This document shows positions 15,301-32,476 of a stretch of 64,000 nt of DNA, piece after piece (within the stretch, counting starts at the first letter, position 1; every line of letters starts with the position of its first letter). The notes beneath the pieces are model-generated. The model was not told where the DNA came from. It made no database searches and saw only the letters and a list, made by a program, of their open reading frames with translations. Source of the stretch: Bugula neritina (taxonomy: Eukaryota > Animalia > Bryozoa); NCBI GenBank assembly GCA_964035545.1, contig OZ037767.1:24940628-25004627 (forward strand). Direction: 5' to 3'. A program made the translations under genes and the position numbers.

Positions 15301-16180
15301 TCTCCGTGTCAACTAAACTTTGCAAGCAGCAGCTAAATGTCGCAGTGCAATTTAATCCAAATATGCTCCACCTAATAAAACCTAGTTCTTCAAAATAGAC
15401 CGATTGTGATAAAGCTTTAACAGACCCGGAGAAGTTCTTTATAAAAGAAACCGTTTGACTGTTTCAGCAGCAGAATAATATTTTCAAACTCTTACAATAT
15501 AGCCAATTAATAATACCGTTAGCAAGGCACTTACAATACTTGTCAAAAGATAGTATTGCGTCATCTATGAATGGCGCAAAGTCCTCTTGGTGTGCTTCCA
15601 TGTACTGGCATACTTCCATTCTGAATCGTAAATGTCTGTCAGAACACCCATCTAGCTGGTCAGCCAATGCCCGGAACAGACAATTTCTGCAAGTTTTCAT
15701 ATACTAATTGAAAATATCAAAAGCTTAAGGACACACAGCAGAATAAATACAGTAGAACGGATACGAGGTCACATCCCAAATACATCACTACAGGTGACCT
15801 AATCAGCAGCTTCAGGAATCTTAAGGTTAATGTCCAGCATAAAATTGATCAAGTCCAATCAATAACAAACTTTCAAATTAAAAAGAATCTGCAACTGCCA
15901 CCAGTGTATAAATATGTATTAATAAATGACTTAACATTATTATACACACAGTGCGCTACAAAGTGTAACCATAATTTACCAAACAACCTTACCCATCTGC
16001 TGGGATATCCCGCAGTTCTAATCCCAACTTGTTCAGCTGCAATTTCCAACATGAAAAGTTTTCATCTTCTGACAGATAGGAGTTCTGTTTGCGCTGAGCT
16101 GCATGTGCCTTCCTAATAGCTCTTTCAGCAACTTTTAACTGACTAGATTTCGTCACTGTATATGTTTTACTTCTAGGCAT
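12312..16180 (-). CDS. OTUD3: OTU-domain deubiquitinase OTUD3
   Basis: Exons 16180-15993, 15686-15535, 14238-13991, 13741-13676, 13294-13234, 12743-12559 and 12464-12312 stay in frame. They give the catalytic IPADGNCLFRAL and HITYHNGEHYSSVR motifs, GTFAGNDALVAF, a UBA-like segment and a basic C-terminus (KKEKKKRAEQRHK). Confidence 0.92.
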
Positions 16181-16754
16181 TGTACTTGCTGAACCTATTA
16201 ATCATGCTAACACCTTGAAATCTAATATGAACAAACACAAACAACAGTATCAACTAGTTGAATAAACTGTATAGGCTTATGGCTGGTTTAAACTAGGCTG
16301 TTTCTAACAAAACCATGAAACTAAGTTTAAAAATTTTCTCTACATGTTGCCTCAAGTTTCTGGTCTATTCTGTATATGCACGGAGTGTAACTAAAATGAT
16401 AACACTTTGGGAGTAGTTCACTTTTATCCATCCCAGCATCAGTAACACTATAGACAACCATATTTCAATAGAAACAGAGCTAAAGTTAAAGCTTGTGGCT
16501 TATTTTTATTAGTTAACTTCAACATTTCAATTTCAAGAAAATGAATACCAATACTACAAATATTTTTCAAATATAGCTAATTGTATTAGAAAGAGCTTCA
16601 CAGCTCTAGTGCAATCTGATACCCAAAGCTGGAACAATTTAGGCCACAACCACAACTCAATTCATAGGAAAAACCTATTCTATCACATGGTTATCTTTAG
16701 GTCATGACCTACAGCCTACAACTAAAAGACAAACTTGAACTTTCATTTTGGGCT

Positions 16755-17635
16755 ATAGCATAATGATAATTATAGTAATAATCATAATGATAATGGTAAT
16801 CATTATGATAAGATTATGCAGTAGGCTGAACTCTAAAGAAATAAAGTGATTAAGCTTAACTTAATTTGAATTTAGTAATACTAATAGTAAAACTAATAGT
16901 TTATAATTTAGTTATACTTATACTTATAGTAGTACTAGTACTGGTTTGAAATAAAAAGTTAAATTACTCATTTACACTAGGCATTACTGATTAGTAATTA
17001 CACTTACTGTTACCGATATTGTTATCCACTATGAGTAATAGTATCAGTATCACAATATGAGTATCAGTATGAGTATGACATTGGCTATGACTTATGAGTG
17101 TCACTATGAGTATGACTATCAGTATCAGTTGCCGTTGAGTATTACTGATACTAGCAATAAGACTAAAAGTAAGAGTATCAGTATGAGTATCACTATCAGT
17201 ATCACCATTACTATCACAGTAATACTTATAGTATTACTATTAGTAAGTATTAGTATTACTATTACATTTACCAATGGCAATAGTTATAGTACTAGACTAC
17301 TAGTACTACTGTAATAGTAATAAAGTATTACTATTACTATTAGTATTACTATCACTATCAGCATCAGTCACCATCATCATGATCATCAGTATTACTATCA
17401 ATATCAATATCAATATGACTATCTACGAGTCTCACTATCAGTAGCCGTAGGGCTCCGACCAGGAGTATCACTATCATTATCAGTATGAGTATGACTATCA
17501 CAGTATGAGTATCAGTATCACTATGACATTGACTATGAGTATGAGTATAACATTAACTATGAGTATCAGTATGACTATGAGTATGAGTATGAACTATCAC
17601 TATGAACTTGAAGTATGAGTATCAAAATGAACCAT
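16755..17635. repeat. Period-3/6 low-complexity tract (AGT/ACT/ATC/ATG/ATT triplets)
   Basis: Example: agtatcactatgagtatgactatcagtatcagt. It produces the spurious S/I/T/M-rich ORF 17057-17314. Similar tracts lie at 1-244, 590-1090, 8210-8500, 8655-9310, 18110-18440, 19404-19780, 19975-20130, 41610-42250 and 51075-51560. Confidence 0.85.
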
Positions 17636-17739
17636 CGTCCATCAGGCATAACTTGATTGGCAGCAGCTAATAGTAATAAATCATTTAAAGTGTGAAATTT
17701 CAGTGTCTTCCAATATCAACATACAATGATCTATCAACT

Positions 17740-17860
17740 GTGGATAAACTCCTTCTGTCTCTTTGTCCACCAAAAATATTTTAGCTCATCGGTCCCAATG
17801 CAAAGTCGTGGGTGTGGAGCTAGTCGCCGCGAGCTTGCCTTCTTGGCGACGGCGACTTTT
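17740..17860 (-). ncRNA. Candidate Sm-class small RNA (stem-loop, stem-loop, Sm-like site, stem-loop)
   Basis: Minus strand reads AAAAGTCGCCGTCGCCAAGAAGGCAAGCTCGCGGCGACT-AGCTCCACACCCACGACTTTGCATTGGGACCGATGAGCT-AAAATATTTTTG-GTGGACAAAGAGACAGAAGGAGTTTATCCAC. Stems are AGTCGCCG/CGGCGACT (8 bp), AGCTC/GAGCT with inner CCCA/TGGG, and GTGGACAAA/TTTATCCAC (8 of 9). It is a GC-rich island in AT-rich DNA. I recognise no known family. Confidence 0.4.
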
Positions 17861-17870
17861 AATTATAGCG

Positions 17871-17930
17871 GCCAATGAGCAGTGTGGTATATTTAAATAT
17901 ACCACACTGCCAATGAGCAGCAGCGTGGTA
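17871..17930. promoter_or_regulatory. Perfect 32-bp palindrome with TATA-like core, flanked by repeated CCAAT boxes
   Basis: GCAGTGTGGTATATTT|AAATATACCACACTGC at 17879-17910. GCCAATGAGCAG occurs at 17871-17882 and 17909-17920. Further GATTGGC motifs lie near 17655 and 18022. Confidence 0.6.
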
Positions 17931-18439
17931 TTGCCTTCTACTGGAACACCTAGAAAATAGATTGAGATTCGGTGCTACTAATTTCTGTTACGAAAAGTAG
18001 ACGAGGAGTCCAAACCGCTGCGATTGGCAATTTAGAAAAACGTCAGTGGCAATAGGTAACAACTCTGTCGTAGTCGTTGGCTGAACTATTGGGTTGAAGA
18101 CGACAGTAAATAAATAATGTTCATTATCATATTTATAACATTAATAACAATTATTAACAAATTATTATTATTATTAGTAATATTAGTTCGGTATTTATTT
18201 ATCAATTTGAATATAGATAGTAATACTAATAGTAATAGTAATTGAATGATAATGATAAATTATTATCGATTATCATTATGACTATCAGTATCATTATCAT
18301 ATTCATTATCATTAGCCTTAGGGCTTTAGGCCTATGATATTCATATTGATTATCATTATCATTTGATTTAGACATTATGATTATCATTATTAGTATTACT
18401 TTGAGTTTATAATAGTAATACTTATACCAATAATAATAC

Positions 18440-19403
18440 GTCCACAAGGAAGTGTGCTGGGTCCAACATTATTCGTTTTGTTTATTAAGGACATTGTAAA
18501 CTGCGTTACACATACTCATACTCATAGTACAATCAGGCTTTTTCAGTTTTTGCTGATGACACTCTTGTTTATCTGCCCATTACTGATTCAAATGATCATC
18601 ATAAACTACAGGGAGACCTTTCTAGACTTTATAGGTGGGCAAAAGAAAACAATATGAATATGAAGTTTAACTCAAAGAAAAGTAATGTCATCACTTTTGG
18701 TAAGAAAACAAAAAATATGGAAAATGTCTTCACTTATAAATTAGGAAAAGATCCCCTGAATAGAGTTGGAGTTGTAAAATACCTTGGAATATTGCTATCA
18801 ACAGATTTGAAATGGAATAAGCATGTCGAAAATGTCATATCAAAGGCATACAGAGTGTTAGGTTTAATCAAGCTCACACTAGGAAATGTGCCAAAAAATG
18901 TTAAAACTCTTGCATATAAAACTCTTTGTAGACCTCTCCCGGAATATGCTGCTGAAGTATGGGGCCCATGCAATAAACATCTAATAACAAAATTAGAAGT
19001 TACTCAAAATAGGGCTGTACGGTTCATTAAAAATTTAAAGGGTAGAGAAGTATCGGTAACAGATGCCAAATTTGACTTAGGCCTAGAAACATTAAGAAAG
19101 CGCGGACAGTCACAGAGAATTTATTTGTTGCATCGTATTACTGCTAATAATAATGATTTATTTCCAACCTTAAATAACACACTTAAATCTATGAAATCCT
19201 CAACCCATAACATGAATACCCGTATTAATACCTTCAATGCTATAGCCTGCAATTCGAGCCTGTACCTGCAGGGTTTCCTGTTGCGCACTGTTCGGGAGCT
19301 CCGTACGGGGGAGATAGTAGCAGATTTCTGAGCCTGGATAGATCTTAGGGTCCCACAATTACTCTCTCCGAGAGGTCTTGGGACTTAACCCGATCAAGAT
19401 CAA
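18440..19403 (+). mobile_element. 5'-truncated non-LTR retrotransposon (CR1/L2/Jockey-group RT C-terminus plus 3' UTR)
   Basis: PQGSVLGPTLFVLFIKD from 18442, a frameshifted FADD at 18549-18560, then LQGDLSRLYRWAKEN, KYLGILLSTDLKW, YKTLCRPLPEYAAEVW and LEVTQNRAVRF. A 3' hairpin GTCCCA...TGGGAC precedes a GATCAAGATCAA tail. Confidence 0.9.
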
Positions 19404-20367
19404 TAGTAATACTAATTTAGTAATTAGTATCACTATTAGTATTAGTATTACATTAGACTTAGTCATTACATTAGTGATTACTGATTAGATGTAGTCTTAG
19501 ACTTAGAGTTAGTAAATGTAATTAAATAAGTAACTACTAATTAGTAAACTACTATTACTAGTAGTATTACTTATTAGTATTGATAATCCCAGTACTACCA
19601 GTACTAATACTTTTATTAGTACTAGTAGAAGTATAATTACTAGTTATACTAAACATAATAGACTTAGATTTAGAGTATAGTTAATAATACCTATAATAAT
19701 ACATTTACTAATAGTAATAGAGTACTATTAGTATTAATAGTAATACTAATAGTAATAGTAGTTAGTAGTGGGTGTTACTGTTAGTGCCTGCATTTGCTAC
19801 ATAATATTGCATTTATTCAAACTTCGCCTATCATAAAATACACTTCCAGGAAAAATTACAAGTAATAGAAGATCAAAAAATACAAATAGCTATAAATAAA
19901 TGATCACTAATACAAGTGCGTATATTTAATTTTAGCATTTCAAATATAAAATTGGTAATTTAAGTATAAAATGCAATATTAGTAATGAATTTAGCATAGC
20001 TACACTTATAGATATAGTTTACCACTTATAATAATTACTTACAGCTATAGTTATTACTTTTGCCTTTAGTAATAGTATTAGTCCAACTTCACCTTTTAGT
20101 CATATTCATATTAGCATTAATAATAAATTAATATTTTTATGTAAACTTAATAGAAATATTTATAGTCATCACTGCTTACCATAATTATCATTTGTCTACT
20201 GAGATATGCTTTTTATCTCAAAAGTCTCAAATTATTCTAACCAGATGATGTTTATACATTGTTGTTCATACTGTATCAATATACAATTTATATGCATGAG
20301 TTCTATTTAAAGGTCACTTAAAGTGAAGTTTTACTTCAAGAAAATATAATTCCAATAATCTTTAAAA

Positions 20368-26197
<5,830 letters not shown>

Positions 26198-26786
26198 TTC
26201 TGGTGTACATACAACCTATAACTATGCTGCCGCTATTCCGCCCATAAAGCCTCTGCTAAAAGAACATCAACTAAAGTTGTGGGCTTACACATATTATGAT
26301 GAACCACAAATCTTGATAGTTTGTGACATCATATTTATCATGTACTGCTGCCAATATGTGATAACTAGGTGCACTATGGTTTAGGTGCATAATCAAAACA
26401 CTTGCAATTTCAAAGACACTGTATATCTATCGTTAGTATTCACATTCATTTTTATGTTACCAAATAAACAAAGTAAAACAAAATTGTTTTTCTATCTTAC
26501 AATAAAATCAAATCACAAAATAATTAAAAAACATGCTAGCTTCTTTGTGAAGCAAATAACCACATAGCCATAGCAGCTGATAAACAATATTATTTTCATT
26601 TAAAAATCTTCATGCAATTGAAGTGAAGTAGAAAATGAAATAAAAAAATTTACAAAGCCTCACAGGTATTATTGTGATGTGCAAATATGTATGCGTACAG
26701 TCATAATAACAAATGATTCATGCATCCGAATAAAATGAAAAGACCACACAGTTCACAAACCCAACAACAAACAAATAAAATTTGGA

Positions 26787-27928
26787 TTATCCATCAGGTG
26801 GCTCGATGTGGAACAAAGTTCGGTCTCTAACTTCACTCTCCTGTATAGATGCACCCAATTCTTTGTATGTACCATCTTGGGACCTCAAGTAATAACCTTC
26901 TAATGAATTATTTACTTTAATAGATGCAAAATCTATTATTGACTGTAACTGATCATCAGGATTAAAGAATCTTTCTATTCTAGAACCATCTCCAAGTTTC
27001 ACAGCTAACTTTAGCCTAGGTTCTCCTTCAGCTGGCTCCCTTGGCAATGTGGGTATTAGATGTTCTTCGGTGTCAAAAGAGATGTTGAGATTTACTGGCT
27101 CTTCATATTCAGCTGTAGCAGTTGGTGATGAGATCATATGTTCTGGATTGATCAAAGGATTATCTGATCGAAATTGTCCTGCAAATAAAAATAAACATTT
27201 TCCTTATTTTATTTTTGAAGTCAGTTAAGCAATTCAAAAGTGCTTTTTTATGATCTAACACATACTAGAAAGCTAAACAAATATGCTAAAATTATGTCAG
27301 CAATATTTATAACTAACCTGAAGGTGTGTTTTCTTCACTGACTGATTCAATAGCCCGATCATCATTTGTGAATTCTTCACTTGTTTTAAGATTGATTGGA
27401 GTTTCAGCCATTATTGAATATGATCTACTAATTGGCCTCAATGCATCTAAACTCAGTGCACATTGCTGTTTGATAGGTGGTACAATAGTGTGGTATCTCC
27501 CAATAGTAGTAGCACCCTTTGATGTATCTAGAGTTATATTGAGCAATGTAAAATAAAACAAATAGTAAGACTAAAAGTAGATTTTACTTAAGTATTTAGA
27601 TCCTGATTATGTCACATTTAAAATTAAAATGAAAATGCAAAAGCCTGTAGTGAGTACCTTTATCAACGTTTAATGGAGCTAAAAGTGTGCTTTGTTTAGA
27701 TTTTAAAGATGGGTGAATACTCATGTCAACTGAGCTGTCTACTGAAGCCATGCTGTTTGCAGTTCCCGGCCTTGAAGATGATTTGCTAGATGAAGAAGAT
27801 GGTCTTTTGCCTGGGGGTGGAGTCGGTTGAAGTCCTAATTTATCACCATACTTATTTGTTGCTGTTGATTCGGGAAGAACTTTCAAGCGCCGATAGTTAC
27901 TTTTTTGCACTGGTGACGACATTTCCAT
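26787..27928 (-). CDS. UBXN10: UBX domain-containing protein 10-like (p97/VCP adaptor)
   Basis: Exons 27928-27658, 27527-27318 and 27178-26787 are in frame. A low-complexity Ser/Pro N-terminus and a GRYHTIVPPI motif precede the C-terminal UBX domain LPREPAEGEPRLKLAVKLGDGSRIERFFNPDDQLQSIIDFA, which resembles UBXN10. Confidence 0.75.
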
Positions 27929-28024
27929 CAATTTAATCAAATTAATATAAAGCGCAGCTGCAGAATCGACAATTTTAATTAGTTTGTTAGTTCAAATCTT
28001 TGATTAGCAGCTACCACCATTTTG

Positions 28025-28038
28025 GCTTCGCTAGCAAC
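28025..28038 (-). promoter_or_regulatory. RFX X-box-like motif upstream of UBXN10
   Basis: GTTGCTAGCGAAGC on the minus strand, ~100 bp upstream of the ATG. It matches the motif upstream of IFT88 at 12 of 14 positions. Confidence 0.45.
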
Positions 28039-29184
28039 ATGTTTGATGACATTGGAATCGCTAGTAGAACAGCCTTGCGCTACTAGCTGATCGTTATATG
28101 CAGCACCAAGTTAAGAGTGAATTAGTGCAGTACTTGAACACACATGGTTTTCCAAGCTTTTAACTCGAAATTACTGCACTCACTGACTATCAACCCGGCG
28201 CTTCAAGGAACTTTTACATAACTATGACTATAATAAGGTATTATCTGAGATGATCGATATCCACTGGGTATTATCATATTGACTTTCTTTCAAAACCGTG
28301 CCAGTTCAACAGCGAATTAAGATAATGTCCATTGTTGATTTCAGTAGACATGGCTCTGAAGGCAACTAAAATGTGTCACCACCATCGATTAACAAGAGTT
28401 AAAAGTATGGCCCACAACTATAATTTGTATCCAGAGTCGACTCCTTCTGATTAAAAAGATCGGTGAAGATTGCCTGAAAATGACATTTGTAAAGCAGCCA
28501 ATCAGCTTCTCGGCAGTTAAGGTCACGCTTTTACGCTCGAGTGGTCAGGGTCTTCTGCATAATAATCGCTGTGTTGGAGTGCAGCTATGGTTCCTCAAAA
28601 ATGATTTCACCAGGGCTCAAAAAGGTGGTGGCTAGGTGAAACTTCATCTTTGAGATGCCGTATATGCTTGTTTAGATCAGGGGTTCTCACAGCAACTATA
28701 AACCCACACAGTTTATTATGGTGTAATAAAGATGTCATCCCACTTAAACGTTTCCCACATGGACGCTTCCAACTTAGAAGATATTTATAGATTTTAGTGT
28801 AATATATGTATTTTATGCTATTATTTAGCTCCTAACAGAACGCAAAGAAGCCATCAGCAAGTCACTTACAGTAACAACACTTCTATAAGAAGTGATCTTG
28901 CACGAACCTTAAACTTAAAGGTAAAAGATAGACAAAATATAATAAGAAAAAAATATCAAATATGTTTATTAAGTGGTATATTAAAAGAGATTCTATAGAC
29001 AAAAATGGCACAGGCAAATTGTAATACAGCAGTATGTGATATACCATGAAATGCATTTGTGCATTTGATTCTGTTATTCTGTTATTTTAAATATAATAAA
29101 CTGTAGCTAAATTAGTATTGAGTTAAAGCAAATAGCTGACTTGGTAGTTTTTTCATGCTTAGCAGTAAATGCAACAGTTATATT

Positions 29185-29186
<2 letters not shown>

Positions 29187-29246
<60 letters not shown>
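29187..29246. repeat. (TA)30 microsatellite
   Basis: Perfect TA run. Confidence 0.98.
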
Positions 29247-29249
<3 letters not shown>

Positions 29250-29891
29250 TGCCAAAATAAAAAAGTGGGAAGCGCCCAAGTGTTATGAACCCGTAATAAA
29301 TAACGCTTTTAACTTTATAGACTACCTGTTGCTATAATGCAATGGTAGTTTTAACTATCTATATGTCTATTTTTCTTTTTCAGCAACGTTCCCAATCCAC
29401 CCTTAAAAATATAAAAACCATATAAGGTTATAGAATGATTTATAGTACTATGCCAGAAAATAATGCAAAAATTTATACGAATTAGAAGTTGTTCTACCAT
29501 GTTAAAGTTTAAGGCTATTAATAACTTTCTTTGATATCAATGTCAAAACATCTACCATCTTAGCCCATATGTATCTCTATTGATTGTGAAGTATTGAGAA
29601 GGTATCTATAAATAATATTATTATAACTTCAACAAAAGATAATTTATAAAACCAAGTTGTAAATGCACAAACTTAATTGTTCACTCGGTTATTGTTAAAT
29701 AGAATATGTTCAACAATAACTGAGTGACTAATTAAACTTAGTTGCAGTTTCAAATTTATGTGGGAGAACCAGTTTTTCTTATTGGTATTCCGTATTAATC
29801 ACATTGATTTTATTAATGCAATGCTACAGTACTTTAATCATAGTATGTATAAAATTCTGATAACATAATTTAGTCACACGGCAACTCAGTG

Positions 29892-32476
29892 TCATGGAAG
29901 AGTTTCACAGATGTAGAAGAACTGGTAATCTGTGCAATCCGCATCATACCATCCGTCAACATAAGCACCCATGCATTTCTCAAAGTTCTGTGGCTCATCA
30001 GCCGCCCACTCTGACTCTGGTTGATCCGGTGCAGGAACTCCGCCTGTTGCAAACCCTTGCCATGCAAAGTTTTCAGGGACACTGGCATCATCTCTGTAAC
30101 CACCTATCCACGTCAGGTGGTTAAGAAGAGCTGCAGACAAAACATGGTTGATCTGAAGCATTATAAAGTGAAAGCAGATTCATTTGTATAACTTTAAGCT
30201 TTCTTTATGAGCAGAAAGATTTCAATGCTCATGAAAGCTCTTACAGTTCTAACATTTTCTATTGAGGAAGATTTTTAATTGATCAGTGTTTTTAGCACAT
30301 GCAACTGAGATGTTTCAGCTCCAAGTAAAATCTCATTCACTACGTTTGCAAGCTTCCCTTATGTGAATTAGGGACTTTTCGTTTGATGTTTGGGAACAGT
30401 TGCATCAAATGAAACCACATCCTGCATAATGCCAAATAATGGATTAAGGCAGTATTTGATTTTCATGCTGTTCAAACTGTAAAAGAAATGTACATATGTA
30501 AATTAAATATTTCAAATTCAACATTTATTTTATTGATTACTGGATCTTATTTATAATAAGTTGAAATGAAAGTTCCTGTTAATTAAATTTAGCTTTTGTA
30601 CAGAAAGCAACAACCGGTTGGTTTTACTCTAAATAAAGAACAAATACAAATAACTGTATAGGTTAGCTTACAGATGTTAGACGTTCCCAATAATGTAGGC
30701 AGCTGGTCTCTGAACCATTGAGAAGCAGCTGCAGTTGGGAATGTAGCTAGGTAACCGCCAATGGCTGAACAGCTCTCATTTGCTTGATACCAATCTGTTT
30801 TAGATTTAACCAACTTGTAGCAAGTCATGGATTCCAAATTATATGTGTAGCCAAGCTTGCATGATGCTGAAATTGAAAGAGAAAACAAATTTTTCTGAAA
30901 TACAATAACGATTACTTCTGCAACCAGTGCCTGTACCAGTAGGCTAAATTTTAAAAGGATAATTGACATTGGAATAAAAGTTTATGTGGTTAATTAGAGA
31001 GTATTGTATTCTTGTAGAAAAAAACTGCAATATCCCCACAATCTAAACAGCTGGCTAAAAGTAAAACAGTTTTTATTGATACAAATTTCCAATATATCGG
31101 ACTTTCTGGTATAATTCACTCTTAAAAATCACAACTGTTTTCTATAACTATAAAATGGTTAGATCAAACATGAAACTTCTTAGATGCATAGTTTCTACCA
31201 TTAGAAAATACCGTATTTCAGTCTCTTGAAGTACAATAAATGTAAAAATAGAGCTTCCACACCACATATGAAATATCTACAACTACCGTATGATATCATC
31301 TGCACTCACCAGTGTATACCTGCTCCTCGTTTTCAATAAGTTTGGCCACAGGTGCTGAATCTGAAAGCTGGCAGATTCTACTCTCAGGGTTGTAGGACAC
31401 AGTCGTACAAGCAGCACTATCTTGACACAAGGTCATGCATTGTAAACTTGATCGAACTTTTGAGACGGAAGACTGAATGCTTCCACTGTCGAGGGTGCCA
31501 TTGGATACAAACGAAAAATATCGGTGACCAGATTCCACCTTGAAATTACAATATAGAAGAAGCAATTCTTTTATGTATAAAACATCTGTCTTAATTGACA
31601 TGCACACATGCACTTATATAAATAAAAAAAATGAAAATTAAAAATAAATTTTACACTAAAACATTGAAACTTGTGTATAAACATGCATAATAACTTTATG
31701 AGCTTGATCTTTATTTGAGTTATTTCCTATATAGATATATTTGCATAAATAGATTGAGTTTGAATATAATCACATCACAAATTCCTATGGTACATTAGTT
31801 CTTTGGTTTTCTGTGTCCCAACTTCTACAAATATGTATGTCAGGCAGGCACCGAAAAAAAATTAAAATGCAATACCTGCACCAATTTGCATTATCAATTT
31901 AGACACAAAATGTTATAAATGACAAGTCAAATGTAAAATTTAGAAGCACATTTAAACATTTTTAAAATTGAAAAAAATTTGTTATTAGCTAAAGGTTAAC
32001 TTGAATAATATGTTTTTGTGTGTAGCCAAGAAATTACTAGTTCATAAAAATGTAATTTTATGTGAATTTTTCAAAACAGCTTTGTGCCATTCTGTAAAGC
32101 TTATGTAATATTTCAAAATCTGGTTTGTACAAAAAACACTTAAAGTTTAATATTAGCTATTATATATTATTATCAATTGTCATTATTATTAGAAAAACAG
32201 TCATATTATAATTATGAGTAGTCTTTGAAAATAGCCTATACAAAATCTTTGACTGAATTCCTTTGTTTCAAAGGTATACAAAGTATTGATTCACTAAAAT
32301 GAAATGTATTAGTAATACAAGTTCATGAAGTAAATAGTATATTCAAGAAAAGTAAACACAAATATTTAAGCAAAATTATGTAATAATAAAATATTTATGA
32401 CTTGATTAAGTTAATAAAACCTTACCCTGGTTAAGCAGACAAACATGACAAGTAATGCCACAGAAACAAAGTTCAT
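29892..32476 (-). CDS. Secreted PAN/Apple + C-type lectin domain protein
   Basis: Exon 32476-32426 encodes a signal peptide (MNFVSVALLVMFVCLTR). Exon 31538-31310 encodes the PAN domain (SSLQCMTLCQDSAACTTVSYNPESRICQL). Exons 30866-30672 and 30130-29892 encode the CTL domain (CYKL...WYQANESC...GGYLA, WIGG, EPQ, C...WYD...C...YICE). Splice phases are consistent. Confidence 0.88.

Noticed and set aside
17057-17314. Hydrophobic ORFs in low-complexity tracts (also 18226-18447, 50954-51249, 59020-59340)
   Set aside because: By-products of triplet-periodic repeats.
17930-17950. U5 snRNA loop I-like GCCTTCTAC
   Set aside because: It differs from GCCTTTTAC and lacks the required flanking stem.
28160-28402. 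piggyBac-like MITE (TTAACTC...GAGTTAA)
   Set aside because: The inverted match is only 7 bp.
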